The position numbers were made by a program, and so were the translations under genes. This document shows, piece after piece, positions 13,912 through 26,395 of a stretch of DNA of 64,000 nt. Origin of the DNA: Tubiluchus corallicola (taxonomy: Eukaryota; Animalia; Priapulida); the NCBI GenBank assembly GCA_030141605.1, contig JAQGDQ010000029.1, forward strand, positions 930,001 to 994,000. Reading direction: 5' to 3'. Each line of letters begins with the position of its first letter. The first letter of the stretch is position 1. The notes under the pieces are model-generated. The model was not told the origin of the DNA. It was given only the letters and a program-made list of their open reading frames with translations, and searched no databases.

Positions 13912-15015
13912 ATTTTATTCGTTGTGCATTCATTAGAACTTATTTAAAAATACTTCATGTACAGGTAGCCGTCACACTTTTCCTTACAGTTAGGTATCAC
14001 TGACATGTATGGAGAAAGAAGTAAGACTTTATTAATCTAAAGAAAATAAAAGAGCTATATCTAACGTAATAATTATAACAGACCTAGAACAATGTTCTAG
14101 AAAGACAGTCTTTTTTGAGCAACCTTATTCAATGTAAACAAAAATTGTTTTTAATGTATTTAGTAATAAAAAAATTAATCTATCTTGGGACGCTGCATGC
14201 TTAGTGTAATATGCAGTGATAACGTTTTTCTTAAATTTTACAAAAAACAGTGAAATTTAATGGACGTCCCAAAAAACACGACCTACGTGACACATTATAT
14301 GCGTTTGGTTGAAAACGCATAGTTTTATGCATATTACGCTACGCAGAAAGTAAACAGCAGAATACAGAGTGAACTTTATATTATTGTATTGCGCAGTCTA
14401 GTATGATATATGCGGGTTTGATAGAATTTTTATTGTAGCTATAAATGGTGGTACGCCTTTCATGAATAAGCCTACGTAATAATGCTTGGTGATAGTGTGT
14501 GTGTTCCACGAACATGCTGCCATACAAAGAGTTCACATTTGTGAATCGTACTCTGTATAACTTGGTATCGTTGGTTTAAATATTTTGGTTTAGAAATTTC
14601 GTTTTATTCTGTTATATGCTAGCCGTTTTATTACTTTAGCGTTGAGACAAACTAACACATAAATATGAAAAACGTGCAATAGTCTGCCAGGAAAAAGTTC
14701 TTGAGCACGAGGCGGTTGCTGAACCTGTCTGTTACAAACGAAAAACCTATTTTAGTTATTTACTTAAGTTAATTTATAGCGCAACAAGAAACGTACGAAA
14801 TGACCTTTACATTTGCACCTTCAGTAACATTGGCGAACCCTGGTTATTACGTATTCAGTAACAATTTGATGTTCTACTACGTTCATTGGTACATCGTCGA
14901 GCTATAAGGTGGTTCAAATTCTGAACAGCGTTTGATTGCTCAGAACAACAATGAACAGCTTTTGATTTGCTTTATTACTTTAGCGTTTTTCTAATTTGGC
15001 ATGATTTAATCAACC

Positions 15016-16760
15016 ATGAGTTTTCACAGACATCGTGCAGGGAAAAGTACCTCTGGTACGTTTACCGTGTCGTTCCCTCCGCAGTTGCAATCCGTAGCAG
15101 AAGAGGAAGATGCTAGAGTTGCCCTTCTTCGTGCACAGCACTGTACTGCTACAGAAGATGTTAGAAATACCCTCAGCAAACAAAACGATGCAAATGCAAA
15201 CGTCGAAATGTCAGCCGTTCAGTCTGAAGTCAAGAAAGACGATAGGTCCAATGTTGACTGTAATATAATATGCGAAAACCTCAGCGTAGTTGACAATAAA
15301 GCAGCAAGCACGTCGAGCGGCACAGCTTGTGATTTTTTCTCGGACGAAAGTAGTGCCAAGGATGTCTTTCACCATCCAGTTAGCTCTGCCCGTGAGCTCC
15401 GTCGTCATCGCCATAGCATGACGCCATTGGAGCTCAGATCTTCAATAAGACCCGATTCAGATTTATCTACAAAACAGAAAGATTTCTTGGTCTCGAATGA
15501 ACTTCAAGATTGGCTCGAGTATCGCAAACTCATGGAAGATGCTAAAGAAGAGGCACTTTTCATCAAAGAGCTGGAGACACCCGTAGAGAAATCCAGTCAG
15601 CTAGATTGTGGCAAAGAATTGAGCAGCAGGATAAAGAGGCGTGAAAGTGTTGGTTTGGATATCGCGATATCCAGGCATCTTGGAAAAGAACTGGAGGGCA
15701 CACTAGAAGACATTCTAGAGAATAATGATGGCAGTAACGACGTCGAGCCTGATCAGACGGAGAGCACTGTAGATAATGCGATAGCAAAGCCTGAAGAGAT
15801 GGAATTAAAGGACGCAGTTGACAAAAAAGAAGTAAGGGGCAATACGCATTCTCAAGCACCTGTTGTTACAGATGATCTTTTGCCAAATTTGTATAGTTAT
15901 GAAAAGCAATGTGATGAAGTGATTACATCTGTTGGTTCTGGTGAAAATAAATTCAACGATTTACTTAGTTCCTCTAAAACGTATAAAGAAGGAGATGTCA
16001 ACGAAACCGTCAAACTTTATGAAGGTCAACTTGATAAAGTTGATAGCGCCGAAACAGATTCTGCTTATAGTTACGCAGCAAATGATGATTTTGTAGTCAC
16101 AAAGGATCCTGAGGAACCAATCAGTGACCCTGTGGATGAAGCTGAAAAACATGAACTTATAAAAGCCTTTGAAGCGGGAGATTTCACCGGAAGCACAAAA
16201 TCCGAATTTCCATTAGCTTCAGAATTATTCTCATACAGCAATACAGTGGCTCGTATATTAGATGATATTGCACAAAAGAATGAACGAAAGGGAGAAAAAC
16301 AACCTGAGCAGGTACCAGAAATAGATCATGCTGTTTTTCAGGACTTCGGGGGTAGTCGTGATCGGGGACTATTCGAATTAATATGGCACAGTAACACAGT
16401 CAAGAGTGCTCTGGATAAATTCAAGGGAAAGAAGTGGAAAAATAAGAAGAAAGGCAGATCTACATCTGTGCCGGTGCTTGACCTGCAAAACACAAGAATG
16501 GGGCTGCTGAATGATGCTAGAAGAAGTGTTTCCGTGCCTCTAAGATATAACCATATTGCTGATGATAGCGATTCAGTTAAAGAAGTGAGGAAAGCAGCTG
16601 CTGAAATGAGTTCACTGGCTCTCAGTAGCATTGGTAGCCAGGAATCGTTAGCTTCCACGCCATCAACGGAAACGGATGAATTGCCAGAGGACGTACATAC
16701 GGCAGGTCTTTCCGGTGTGAACTATGAACACTTGGTGAAAAAAGTTCTGAACGATGACAG
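15016..16760 (+). CDS. Large (about 580 codon) acidic/Ser-rich, probably disordered coding exon; alternative first exon (ATG 15016) or cassette exon (acceptor 15029, exon 15030-16760)
   Basis: 588-codon ORF in otherwise AT-rich DNA, with higher GC; caaccATG context; donor AG|GTCGGT at 16761 in phase 2, 22 nt before the ORF ends, joining 17493 in frame (…NDDR|CDTRL…). No recognisable globular domain. Confidence 0.8.
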
Positions 16761-17492
16761 GTCGGTTAAATTTCAAAAATAGATTTTTGAAGTTTGTCAT
16801 AGCTACGATATAGGTTTGTGGTCCTTTGTTCTAAATTGGAGTAAAAAAATTGTTGCTTTAACTGTCAAGAATAAGATCCCGTTTGAAGTCCCAAGATTAT
16901 TGTCTAAGATCCGCTAGATTAAGTGTTCGTCCTTTTGCAATGTTTTCTGATTTTTTCTGGTTGATAGCAATAAACGGTTTATGCATCGTCGCATGTTTTG
17001 CGGACGGTGATTGGACGTCCCACTTGACACGAAACTAGATTCAATATAGTGAGTTTGGTAAATCATAGATTACAACTAATTACTGTATACGACACTAGCC
17101 CATATTAGCATAATATTATAATTCCAAGTTTAGTCAACTGCAGGGTGTTCCAAAAGAAACAGTGCACTAACAATTTGATACAGTAGACATACCACTACTA
17201 GACGAAGTCTAATAGGTGTATTCATACCTATGTTCGTGTTATATTAGTACAACACGTTTGCCAGTTATTGTAATGTAATCTTTTACTATGTAACACTTAA
17301 TCCCATCACTATGTAATTTTTATAAGAATATTTCCACGTATCAACTTATTGAATCTTGCATGTTCTCAGCTGGCCGTTTTGATTATCATTATTTTGAATT
17401 CGTCAGAATATTTTTAATACTACTTATTTAACTGTAATAGGTCAATATCTGGAATGTCGCAGCTCAACTCCTTTATGTTGTTTTTTTTGCAG

Positions 17493-17525
17493 ATGTGATA
17501 CACGACTGTCTCTCAAGTCATGTCG
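17493..17525 (+). CDS. 33-nt coding exon, (I/R)CDTRLSLKSC(R): continuation of LIM zinc finger 2
   Basis: Strong acceptor ttgttttttttgcag, donor CG|GTAAGT at 17526, phase 2-2; joined to 8498 gives FKCCIC-DTRLSL, the C-x2-C-xxxLxL pattern of LIM domains. Confidence 0.8.
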
Positions 17526-19949
17526 GTAAGTGGACACAGCTTTAAATTAATGTAAAGCATTAGCTTTTCGTCATTAACAAATTATTGCGCTTTATTTTGC
17601 TAATTATGTTGTAAGGGCTGTTTCTCTGTTTCTTTTACGAAGCAGGGTTTAATAAATAATTAATCAAGATTCTGGGATAACTAAGCATATAATGTCTCCC
17701 ACAATCGGAAAGTATCGTAATTAGTCGGCTGTATCGCGATTGTTCGTAAAGAGATACCACAAAAGTCAAACCTGTAGTACTCTTATTGTTTCAAATTTTG
17801 CCTATTGGAAAGACGTAAAGTAAAAAAGTTATTTCTACATAAAGTTTAACTCCTCGTCAGCCTTATGTTATAAAGCCTCGTCGGAATCTTACGTTATAGG
17901 AAGCTGGTTATTTCATCAAATTGTACAGAATTTTCACGAAATCATCGCTTAAGATCATTTTACTCTGTAGATGGCCTTAGCCTGAAAATACGGGTATCGG
18001 AGCCGGTGTATACCCTAACCTGCTCCATCCCGACGCTGTCTACTTCATAACTTCTTATGTCCAGCTGTTGCGCCTGCCTCACAGCACTACGCGCGATACG
18101 CGTTGCAAATTTTGTGCGCGTAACACTGACACTGAATACAGTGGATATTGAGCAGATGAATACCAAGTTGTGGTGTATATACACACCATATACGCACAAT
18201 TCTATATACTCCCGACGCAGTCTACAACACTACGCCATAGTTATACCATAGTTAAAAGATCTATACTTATTTGTGGTGTGTTGAAAGGAACCAAGCACCC
18301 TATCATCTGCGATGCCATTGTTGAGTCTGTGCAATGTAGCTGCGTTCGTTATGCCCAAAGCAATAAAGTGTAAGCATTATTTTCTTTATTAAATAGTTTT
18401 TAAAAGCTGGTAATGGTAATCACGAAAACCTTGTATTTGTATTTACTTGTGTGCCACTTAGCATCCAAATTGGTAACAATAAAATGCACATTTGTTTATT
18501 TGATGCTAAAGTAGTGTGTAATAAAGCATAACAACAAAGATACTTCCACGGCTCGCAGCATTAAATTTTTCCAACTAATTTTTATTATGAAAGTTACACA
18601 TAGTTGATTATTATATGAAGATAACTACTACGTATTGACCAGAAGGCCCAGACAGTATTACACTGGAGATTCTGGAGTCGTTGCTATATGCTGCCACCTA
18701 CTGCACGAAAATGGCAATATCAGTAAATAGTTGATAGCCACTATCCATTTCTATGCAAGAAACCAAAGAAGAGTATAAATAAAAGAGATATGAGATGAAT
18801 ATTTTAACAATGTAATATTTTAATAATGCACTACAACTCTCCTATGTCCGAATAAAATTATGATTATCCGTATAAAATTGACTGTCAACGCTTGAGCATT
18901 CCGTGCTGAAAAAAGAGTTGGATAGATGGCGCCACAAAGCAATATAGCACGCTCATAGCAAGCGTTAGCAATAATTGATCCTATGCTTTCTAGAACGTAA
19001 ATATTCTTGATTGTAGTTGATTACTTTGAAGGCTAATTACTTAATGACTTGCTATTAGTCCCCTATATATCGTGCTAACAAACTCGGTGCAAATGAAAAA
19101 CCCGCTTCCCATTAATATGAGCACACTAGTGCGAGTTTTTTTCAAATCCATACCGTAAAGGAGCATTAATGGTGGATGAAAAAAGTAAAACAATTTATCA
19201 GTATAAAGGCGCAACGGATAAGTTTTGCCGAATAACTGAACAACATAGCGATCTCTGCAGCCTATTAAAGATTACATGAATGATTTAGTGTTTATATAGT
19301 CTAACCTGTCACATAGAACCACTCCCAGCACTTTATTTGACAATAACCTACATAAAACAGCATTGCTGTTTGGCTTTGCGCGTGTGTTTGGTTTTCATTT
19401 GCATTCGAATGCCTACAAATGCATTTGAAACCTTTCAAGTAACCTTAACAAATAGTACATTGGAGAAGCTTCGGTTATAACTTGCAAGGAAGTATGTATA
19501 GCGTCCTTCAGTAATGCGAAGGACAGGTTGAACATTCTAACAACCTTTCTGTAGCAATAAGAAATTCTTACAGACAATTTTTCTTAATATTATTTTTTAA
19601 TGATATGATTTAATTACTAAGATGAGCTTAGTAACTTAGTTGAAATCGCTGGAAAGTTTTTCACGTGCGCGTAAATAGGCGGATATGATTCGTGATATCT
19701 TTAAAACGTTTACTTTAATTTAATGGATTTTTCTTTTCTAAAACCTCCAAAGTCTTTTAGTGGTTTGGTTTCTGTGTATATAAACAATGTTTTTCGATTT
19801 TTGCGAAATTCACATGTAAATTTAAATCTTTATTATAATTTTAATATCTTTACTTTCACTGTCTTCTTATTGTATATAATTTCATTAATTTGCTATTATA
19901 TCTGTGTAATTTTCAATTATGCATTATAAAACTGAACAAATGATTATTC

Positions 19950-20934
19950 ACTTTCATACTTATAGGTAGATAAACTTTGCCTCCTATATCATTGCACTAG
20001 TTTTAAGATTTTTTGTCTGTTCTATATGGTTGCACTTTACTTCAAAACGTTAAATATGAAAACTTTAGAAAACTAAATACAATGCAAAACTACGCACTTA
20101 GATTAATTCATGGCTACTCTAACAAAACTGCTAAACAACATGCTGCTTCTGCAACAAGCTTAAGAACGTCCACAAAAATACCAATATTAGAAGCCTATCG
20201 AGATTACAAAACACTGATATTTCTTTATAAATATAGCAATAAACTGAGCATTCCATTTATAAACAATCCCTTAGCATTCATTCCTGATACCACTTTAAAC
20301 ACTAGAACATACAATTTAAAGCAAATTACAGTAAACAATAAATTTGGAAATAACTCTATATCAAAACAGGCCATACATTTATGGAACTTGCTACCCAGTG
20401 AAATAAAACAAATAGAATCTCTCCACCACTTAAAAAGAAATTAAAAGAATATCAATATAACAGGTTTCAACTTCCACATTGTGCATCTGATACTAATAAC
20501 ACAGACTTCACTTTCATCTACCCCCGCCCCTGACTCCATATAACGATTAAAAATGAAAATTTGTTTTAAAAAAATTATGTAATGTAATACGTGTTATGTT
20601 AGTTTTGTAATGTCAAATGTATAAATAGTGTAATTGTAATGAGTGAAATTTATGTAATGTGAAGCATGTTTCTGTTAATTGTGTCATGTCAAATGTATAT
20701 ATAGTGTAAAATATGTCATGTAAAATTTAATGTACTTTCGTAAAATTGTTTTGTAAAAATATTTTAATATGGTGTTTGTAAATATGTTCATTTATTGTAT
20801 ATAGTTTTGCACTTTAGTTTTTTTTTAGTATGCACTGGACGCATTTATCTTGAACAGTGTGGTTATTTTAACATTACGCTGAGGCTTACTCAATTTTATT
20901 ATAATGAGTGAACCATTTTATGACAAATAAAGAA

Positions 20935-20935
<1 letters not shown>
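19950..20935 (+). mobile_element. 5'-truncated LINE (CR1/L2-group-like): ORF2 C-terminal remnant plus 3' UTR
   Basis: ORF 20013-20444 contains LYG...LNTMQNYALRLI...LIFLYK...LNTR...AIHLWNLLPSEIKQIESLHHLK, the post-RT C-terminal pattern (Q-x-x-A-x-R-x-I; WNxLPxxIK) of these LINEs; TG-rich 3' UTR, AATAAA 20926-20931, then a (TA)n tail. 5' boundary approximate. Confidence 0.75.

Positions 20936-20938
<3 letters not shown>

Positions 20939-20964
<26 letters not shown>
20939..20964. repeat. (AT)n microsatellite at the LINE 3' end
   Basis: Directly visible. Confidence 0.9.
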
Positions 20965-20965
<1 letters not shown>

Positions 20966-22034
20966 TCTGTTTAATATGCAGTCTTTATTCTATCACTAGA
21001 GGCTGTATGGTGTAATGCACATATCGTTGGCCTTACAATTCAAATTTCCTGATTCAAATTCAGGCACAAAGTTATTGTTTTTACATTCCCTTCCGTTCGA
21101 TCAAGTTTGGTTTCAAAATTTCAGTTATAACGGGCTTGTTCCAACAAAAATCAATAATCTTGAAATTAAAATTAGTCTAGTTGATAAATTTGAAGAACTA
21201 CATTATTAGGTTACCCGGGTCAGAGAGGTCGAATTGTAGGCGCTCTTGATATTTACATGAATCGCGAACAACTTAAATATTTATCAAATTTATTGTGCAA
21301 TTATTTACATTGGATTGAGCCGTAAAACACACAGTAACACTTATGCAATGTTTATTCACACATCACGTGTATCATTTCCATGATTTAACATACATTTGTT
21401 CAAATTTATTTTACTCTTTATACATAATTTTATAAACATGACATTAAAAAGGAGCTTTGTCAATATGAAAATAGCCGAAGAACCGTTGGAAACTGTTTGA
21501 AACTCTGTTTAGTAGAACAATAAAAAACTAAGCTTTCGTCATTTTCCAAGGTCATACTCTAATACAACTATGCATTAATACGTATGTACTGATTACATGT
21601 ATATTTTTGCATTCACAAGTTCACTTTAGGTATTGTGATGAATACTCATAACCTATAGAAAATACGAGTATGTAGTGCAGGCCAGTACTTGCGCTGTTAC
21701 GCCGTAATAACTGCCCTAATACACTTAGACTATCCCCCATCTCAATTATCATATTTAATTATAAGACGATCCATCTGACACAGCCATTTGCATGATTGTA
21801 TTATATGGATTTAGTGAAATCCTGCTTACATAAGCTATTCACTGTACACATTGCACCGTACGTGCATATGAACATGCACACATGCGTGTATTCAAGGTCA
21901 TCTTGTGCGCAATAAGCGTGCACGCATGCGTGAATTTAAATTCAAGGTGAAATTGATGTAAAGAACTGCTAACATTTTTCACACGAAAGTTTTTCTTACG
22001 GTTAGCAAATAAGTCTAACATTTGCTTTGTCCAG

Positions 22035-22043
22035 ATTTACAAT
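22035..22043 (+). CDS. Candidate 9-nt microexon (ATTTACAAT)
   Basis: ctaac branch-point match, tttgctttgtccag acceptor with a TGC, donor GTATGT at 22044; frame-preserving and stop-free in phase 2 (R-F-T-I/M). Confidence 0.4.
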
Positions 22044-23270
22044 GTATGTTTGGCTGGATACAAATTGACTTTGTAAATTTAAAGTCCATCTTGTGTGTAA
22101 GTTACATAACATAACAAATGTATTTACAGGCTTTAACAATCCAAATTGAAATTGCTGTGTCAGGAAATGCGTTAGACATTTATTTATTACAGTAGAAGAA
22201 TATTAGTAAACAAACAACTCATTTACTGGACGTAGAGATTGCATTAGAATTCGAAATTAAAAATTAAAATCTGGCGATTTTGATAATATGTATTGCAGAT
22301 AAATAGCATTTAACAGATGCGCAGGTAGCTCATTTTTGCAATTAAGCATCTTTTCTTTGTGAAAACTAACAGAGCAGGAGTATTGCTAATTTTTAAAGCT
22401 CAGGCGCTAATATTCACTTTGCTCATTTTGTCATTCCTGGCATGCAAAGAAAAACATTTGCAAGGTAGGGTCTTAACATTCATTTTCTGTTGTCTTCATG
22501 TAGTTTTACATCATATCTCCTTCTTTTCTGTAAGAGCATTGTTTTTTCCTAGGTCACAATATTGATTACTTATCTTGAATATCTGAACACTTCCACACAA
22601 ATTGCTGTACACATTATATCAAAGCAGGGTATATTAAATTTATTAATACTTCATTGACAAATATTTTTGTTAACGTTCTACAGGTGTTTAGCCCTGCTCA
22701 TAGTTTCATCTGAGATTATAACGAACGAGTCTTCTTTGAGAACTGAGGCTGTGGGTTCATTCCTAGCTTTTGTTGTAAGATTTTAGGCCTTAAATTTTGC
22801 AATTTATAAGTATGCTACAGCAACAGCAGCATTATGTCATTAACAGTGGCAACAGACGCACCACCAGCAGGGAAAATGGTTATGTTATCCGCTCTGCTTC
22901 AACTGCTCGCATACACCTTAAAAGCGTTTTCAATTTAATCAAATGGTGTTGATTTTCAACAATAATTTTGCAGTGTAAAAGGAAATCCCGTTATTGTAGT
23001 TTGCCATCACGTTTGACAGGAAATTGTGCTCATCAGTTGAGCAGTTCACAATAGCTGACAGGAAATGGGAACTTGAAGTCATTTACAAGATATACACCCT
23101 AGGGTACTGCTGCATTTAGTGCATTACAACAAAATGTCCCATTATTGCATACTGCTGCGGACCTCTTCCTTTGTGTACGAGAACATTTATAGCGGATGCG
23201 ATTTGTGTCATTCCTGTAAATCATTTATAGAGGAACTAGTTCATGCCGTGCATGTTAGCTAGACATTGCT

Positions 23271-23280
23271 CACACACACA

Positions 23281-23312
<32 letters not shown>

Positions 23313-23317
23313 CACAC
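23271..23317. repeat. (CA)n-(CACG)n-(CA)n microsatellite
   Basis: Directly visible. Confidence 0.95.
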
Positions 23318-23662
23318 TCTAAAAGACAAGGTCTAATTGCACAAGACCATGTCCCCAGAGATGAGATACTAAACCGGTAGATGTACAAGTTTTGACGCAG
23401 TTACGTCTTACATCGCCGAGATAAATACACGGGACAGTATGATATAGTAGAGATTTCAATTTTCAAAAAGATGGCTTTGTTTCTTTTGTTCCTAATTCTA
23501 ATAGACTGCATTTTGCTTTTTTTATATTAACATCCAGCTACTAATACTTTATTTATCTTTCCATTATCAGTAATTTTATGCAGTATTGCATTTACTTGAT
23601 TGATTTTTCTCATGCTCACCTGTTGATCACCCCTCAATCAACAGATAAAGCGCTCGGAACAA

Positions 23663-23703
23663 CCCATCCATTTAGTAGGCTTCCACTTGCTTAACTTCAG
23701 TGA
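23663..23703 (-). repeat. Possible degenerate 5S rRNA-derived fragment (pseudogene or SINE3-type head)
   Basis: cccatcca...tgcttaacttcagtga resembles the reverse complement of the 5S internal control region (cccatccaagtact...ctgcttagcttccgaga); short and diverged. Confidence 0.3.
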
Positions 23704-24783
23704 ATATGTTTATATACACTCTGGCCACACAGTCATTTCCTTCGTCTTAAAATGCAACTACGTAAGTTCACTATAAACAATATTTGTGTTTTAAGTTCAG
23801 TTTTGAAATTTGAGATTGCGTTATTTTAGTTTTTGCAACGGGAAGAATTTAATTTTTGAGGGTCCTCCCAGTCTCATGACTCTAATAGAAACCTCAAGCT
23901 GTTCTTCTGTTGAATGGTTTTTAGACGCTACATCGACACTGGCTTAACAGTTCTAAACCACTGAGATTAAATATTATCAATTCTCACTTATTGTTATATG
24001 AGACTCTAGAATTTTCGGAAGCTGACAGTTCATTACCTTTTCCTTTGATTCGCAATTGAAATTTTGTTTTTTTTTTGTTTAATCTACTTTGACGATAAAA
24101 TTATACTAGCGTGAAGTTGTAGTGCTGCGGCGTGCGTAGATAATAGGCGCGAGTTTTTCCTTAAAATGGAAGGAAAGCTTGGACTAAGCAGGAAGCTAAC
24201 GAATCAACGGACAAAGTTCAAGCTTTCACTCTTAATCGGAGGCTCAATTTGTACATTGGCTTGGCTTTTTACTGGCCCAGCAAGACGTCTCCTCAAACAA
24301 GCAGGCAATATTGCTTTTATGCTTACTTGTGACTTTGTATTGTTGAACTGGATAGTTTGTAGGAATCGCCATACTCCATTACCCGTTGCACGATAATCGC
24401 ATATCGGAGGTGGTTATTAGAAGCATTGTTGGGAGGTCTTTGCCCTCCTATATTGCTCGCTTTTTGCTGTAAAGGTCTGATTTATTTGTAGGTTTATCGA
24501 CTCATATATCAGCTTAGTTTTCCTATTGGTGTTTTCCTTCCATTATCTGTTTGTCTATCTGTGTTTTGGTAGCAGTTTGCAGAATTATGATAGAAAATGG
24601 ATTATAGGAGCACTGACATTAGAAACACCATAGGCACACTTCAATTTATTGGCAGCTAATGCCACAAAAATGCAGGGACACATCTTTGTGTGTGTGGTAT
24701 TTGGAATGCCCTTTTATACAGAGTTTCAGTGAAAATAATTTCATTTGTGTAGTAACCCCAAAAACTTTCACTTAATTATTATA

Positions 24784-24881
24784 ATGATGGTCAAAAAGGG
24801 AAAACTAATGGGTATACTTTGTAGGCCGAGATTATTTGTTGGTGGATCACTGTGTCGTTTTCATAAAAAAATGGTTTACAG
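24784..24881 (+). CDS. Candidate alternative first coding exon MMVKKGKLMGILCRPRLFVGGSLCRFHKKMVY(R/S)
   Basis: ATG-initiated open frame ending at strong donor CAG|GTAAGC (24882) in phase 2; GC-richer promoter-like region at about 24120-24400. Confidence 0.35.
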
Positions 24882-26235
24882 GTAAGCATAACGAAGTATT
24901 CATATCAGATCAAAATTAACTGCATCGGCTTTTAGACAGCTATAAATGGGGCAAATACCTAAAACAAAAAAGGAGGCGTCCCGAGATATAATTATAATCT
25001 AATTTTATCTTACATAGATTGTTTGAAAATTAATTGTAAACTTTGAAACAAGGTGTTGCTTTGGTAATGAAACGCCGTGCATTGTAGTGAGACTTTTGCT
25101 CAGGAAATGCTATACAGTGAATTATAAAAATACCGTGAATTAATGAAATAAATTGAAAGTACTGCTGCAAGAAAAGCTCTGTTTAAAATTCTTTTTAATA
25201 CCAAAGGGTAACGGTTGCGTTCTTTGATTTTCTTTGTCGTTATCAGATGACAATTACAATTTCTCTGTAATTTCAAAACCGACAGCGTAGTTACAGCTAT
25301 ACTGCTAGCTGTTGTCTACTCTGATTATTACTTAACTACTTTATTACTTAACTAGTTACTTAACTAGTAGCAACTAGGAGGAAATTATTCCTACGATACG
25401 ACAGGTTCCTGTGATCTTTTAATGACGTATTTGCGTAAACTTATAATACACGCGGTAACATGAAAAGTTAACAATAGACATTCGTCTTTCAGTTCACTTA
25501 TACTAATTAATGAATTTGAAATTATTCAAGACGTAACTGATGATTTAAAGGCAATCAGGAATGCAAAGTAGAACTGTATTGATTGAATTTTCATTAGCAG
25601 CCGGGTACTCTGAGCCTAAGAATAACGATTACGTCGTATAAATATATTTAGAAAATTCATTGACATTTAGTAAAGGAGATTAACTCTGCAAGATATTAAA
25701 TCACCGACGTACATAAATCAAAAGTTGTGTGCATTATATCTTGTTTCATGCCATTTTTCTTCTTTACGCTTTTCTTCCTTGCAATTAAGTTGTTCGCCTG
25801 TATCACATTGCATAGTAGCAATAGTGCTTTCAAATCATAACTTTGAAGTACTACACTCGTGCGGAACGTGTTATCAGGTTAACAAGCCATTAGTGTAATT
25901 GGAAAATCATTATCAGGAGCAAGCCGATGTCCTTTCTCCGCAAATTCGGGTGTAGCCTACTGACGTGACTTTTTGATGCCCAGAACTTTCTTGCCTGTCA
26001 AATTCAAAGGAAAGGGAGGAGAGAATAGGTCTAAGATGACTGAAATTTGTTTGCTACATTGTCGGCTTTGTCAAATATACTTTCCGTTTACATAGTAGCA
26101 TGTTAAATCAAGAATTTTTGCTCCTTTGTGATTTTCGAAAGTCTCACCGAAAAAATTTAAAACGAAATAGCCATTTTAGCGATTTTTGATTACAAAATTG
26201 GAGGTGATAACGATGTCGACCATTGCGATAGTGCT

Positions 26236-26395
26236 AGCAATAGCAGCAGCATGCAGCGATGCCAGAAAAAACAACAAACAGCAACAAAAATAGTGGCAAC
26301 AGCGAGAGCAGCAGCATTGGCACGAGCAAAAACGATAACAGCAACAACAACTGTAGCAGCAGCAACAATAGAGAAAGTATCAGCAACTGCAACAG
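26236..26395. repeat. Degenerate (CAG/CAA)n trinucleotide low-complexity tract
   Basis: Runs of agc/aac triplets; produces a poly-Leu ORF on the - strand. Confidence 0.75.

Noticed and set aside
12891-14003. Twin ORFs MVAISFQTLICT... on opposite strands as duplicated small genes
   Set aside because: They are antisense readings of the two inverted transposon remnants.
15016-16782. 588-aa ORF as a stand-alone intronless gene
   Set aside because: A phase-compatible donor at 16761 just before the stop joins the 17493 exon in frame; better explained as an exon, though a terminal read-through isoform is not excluded.
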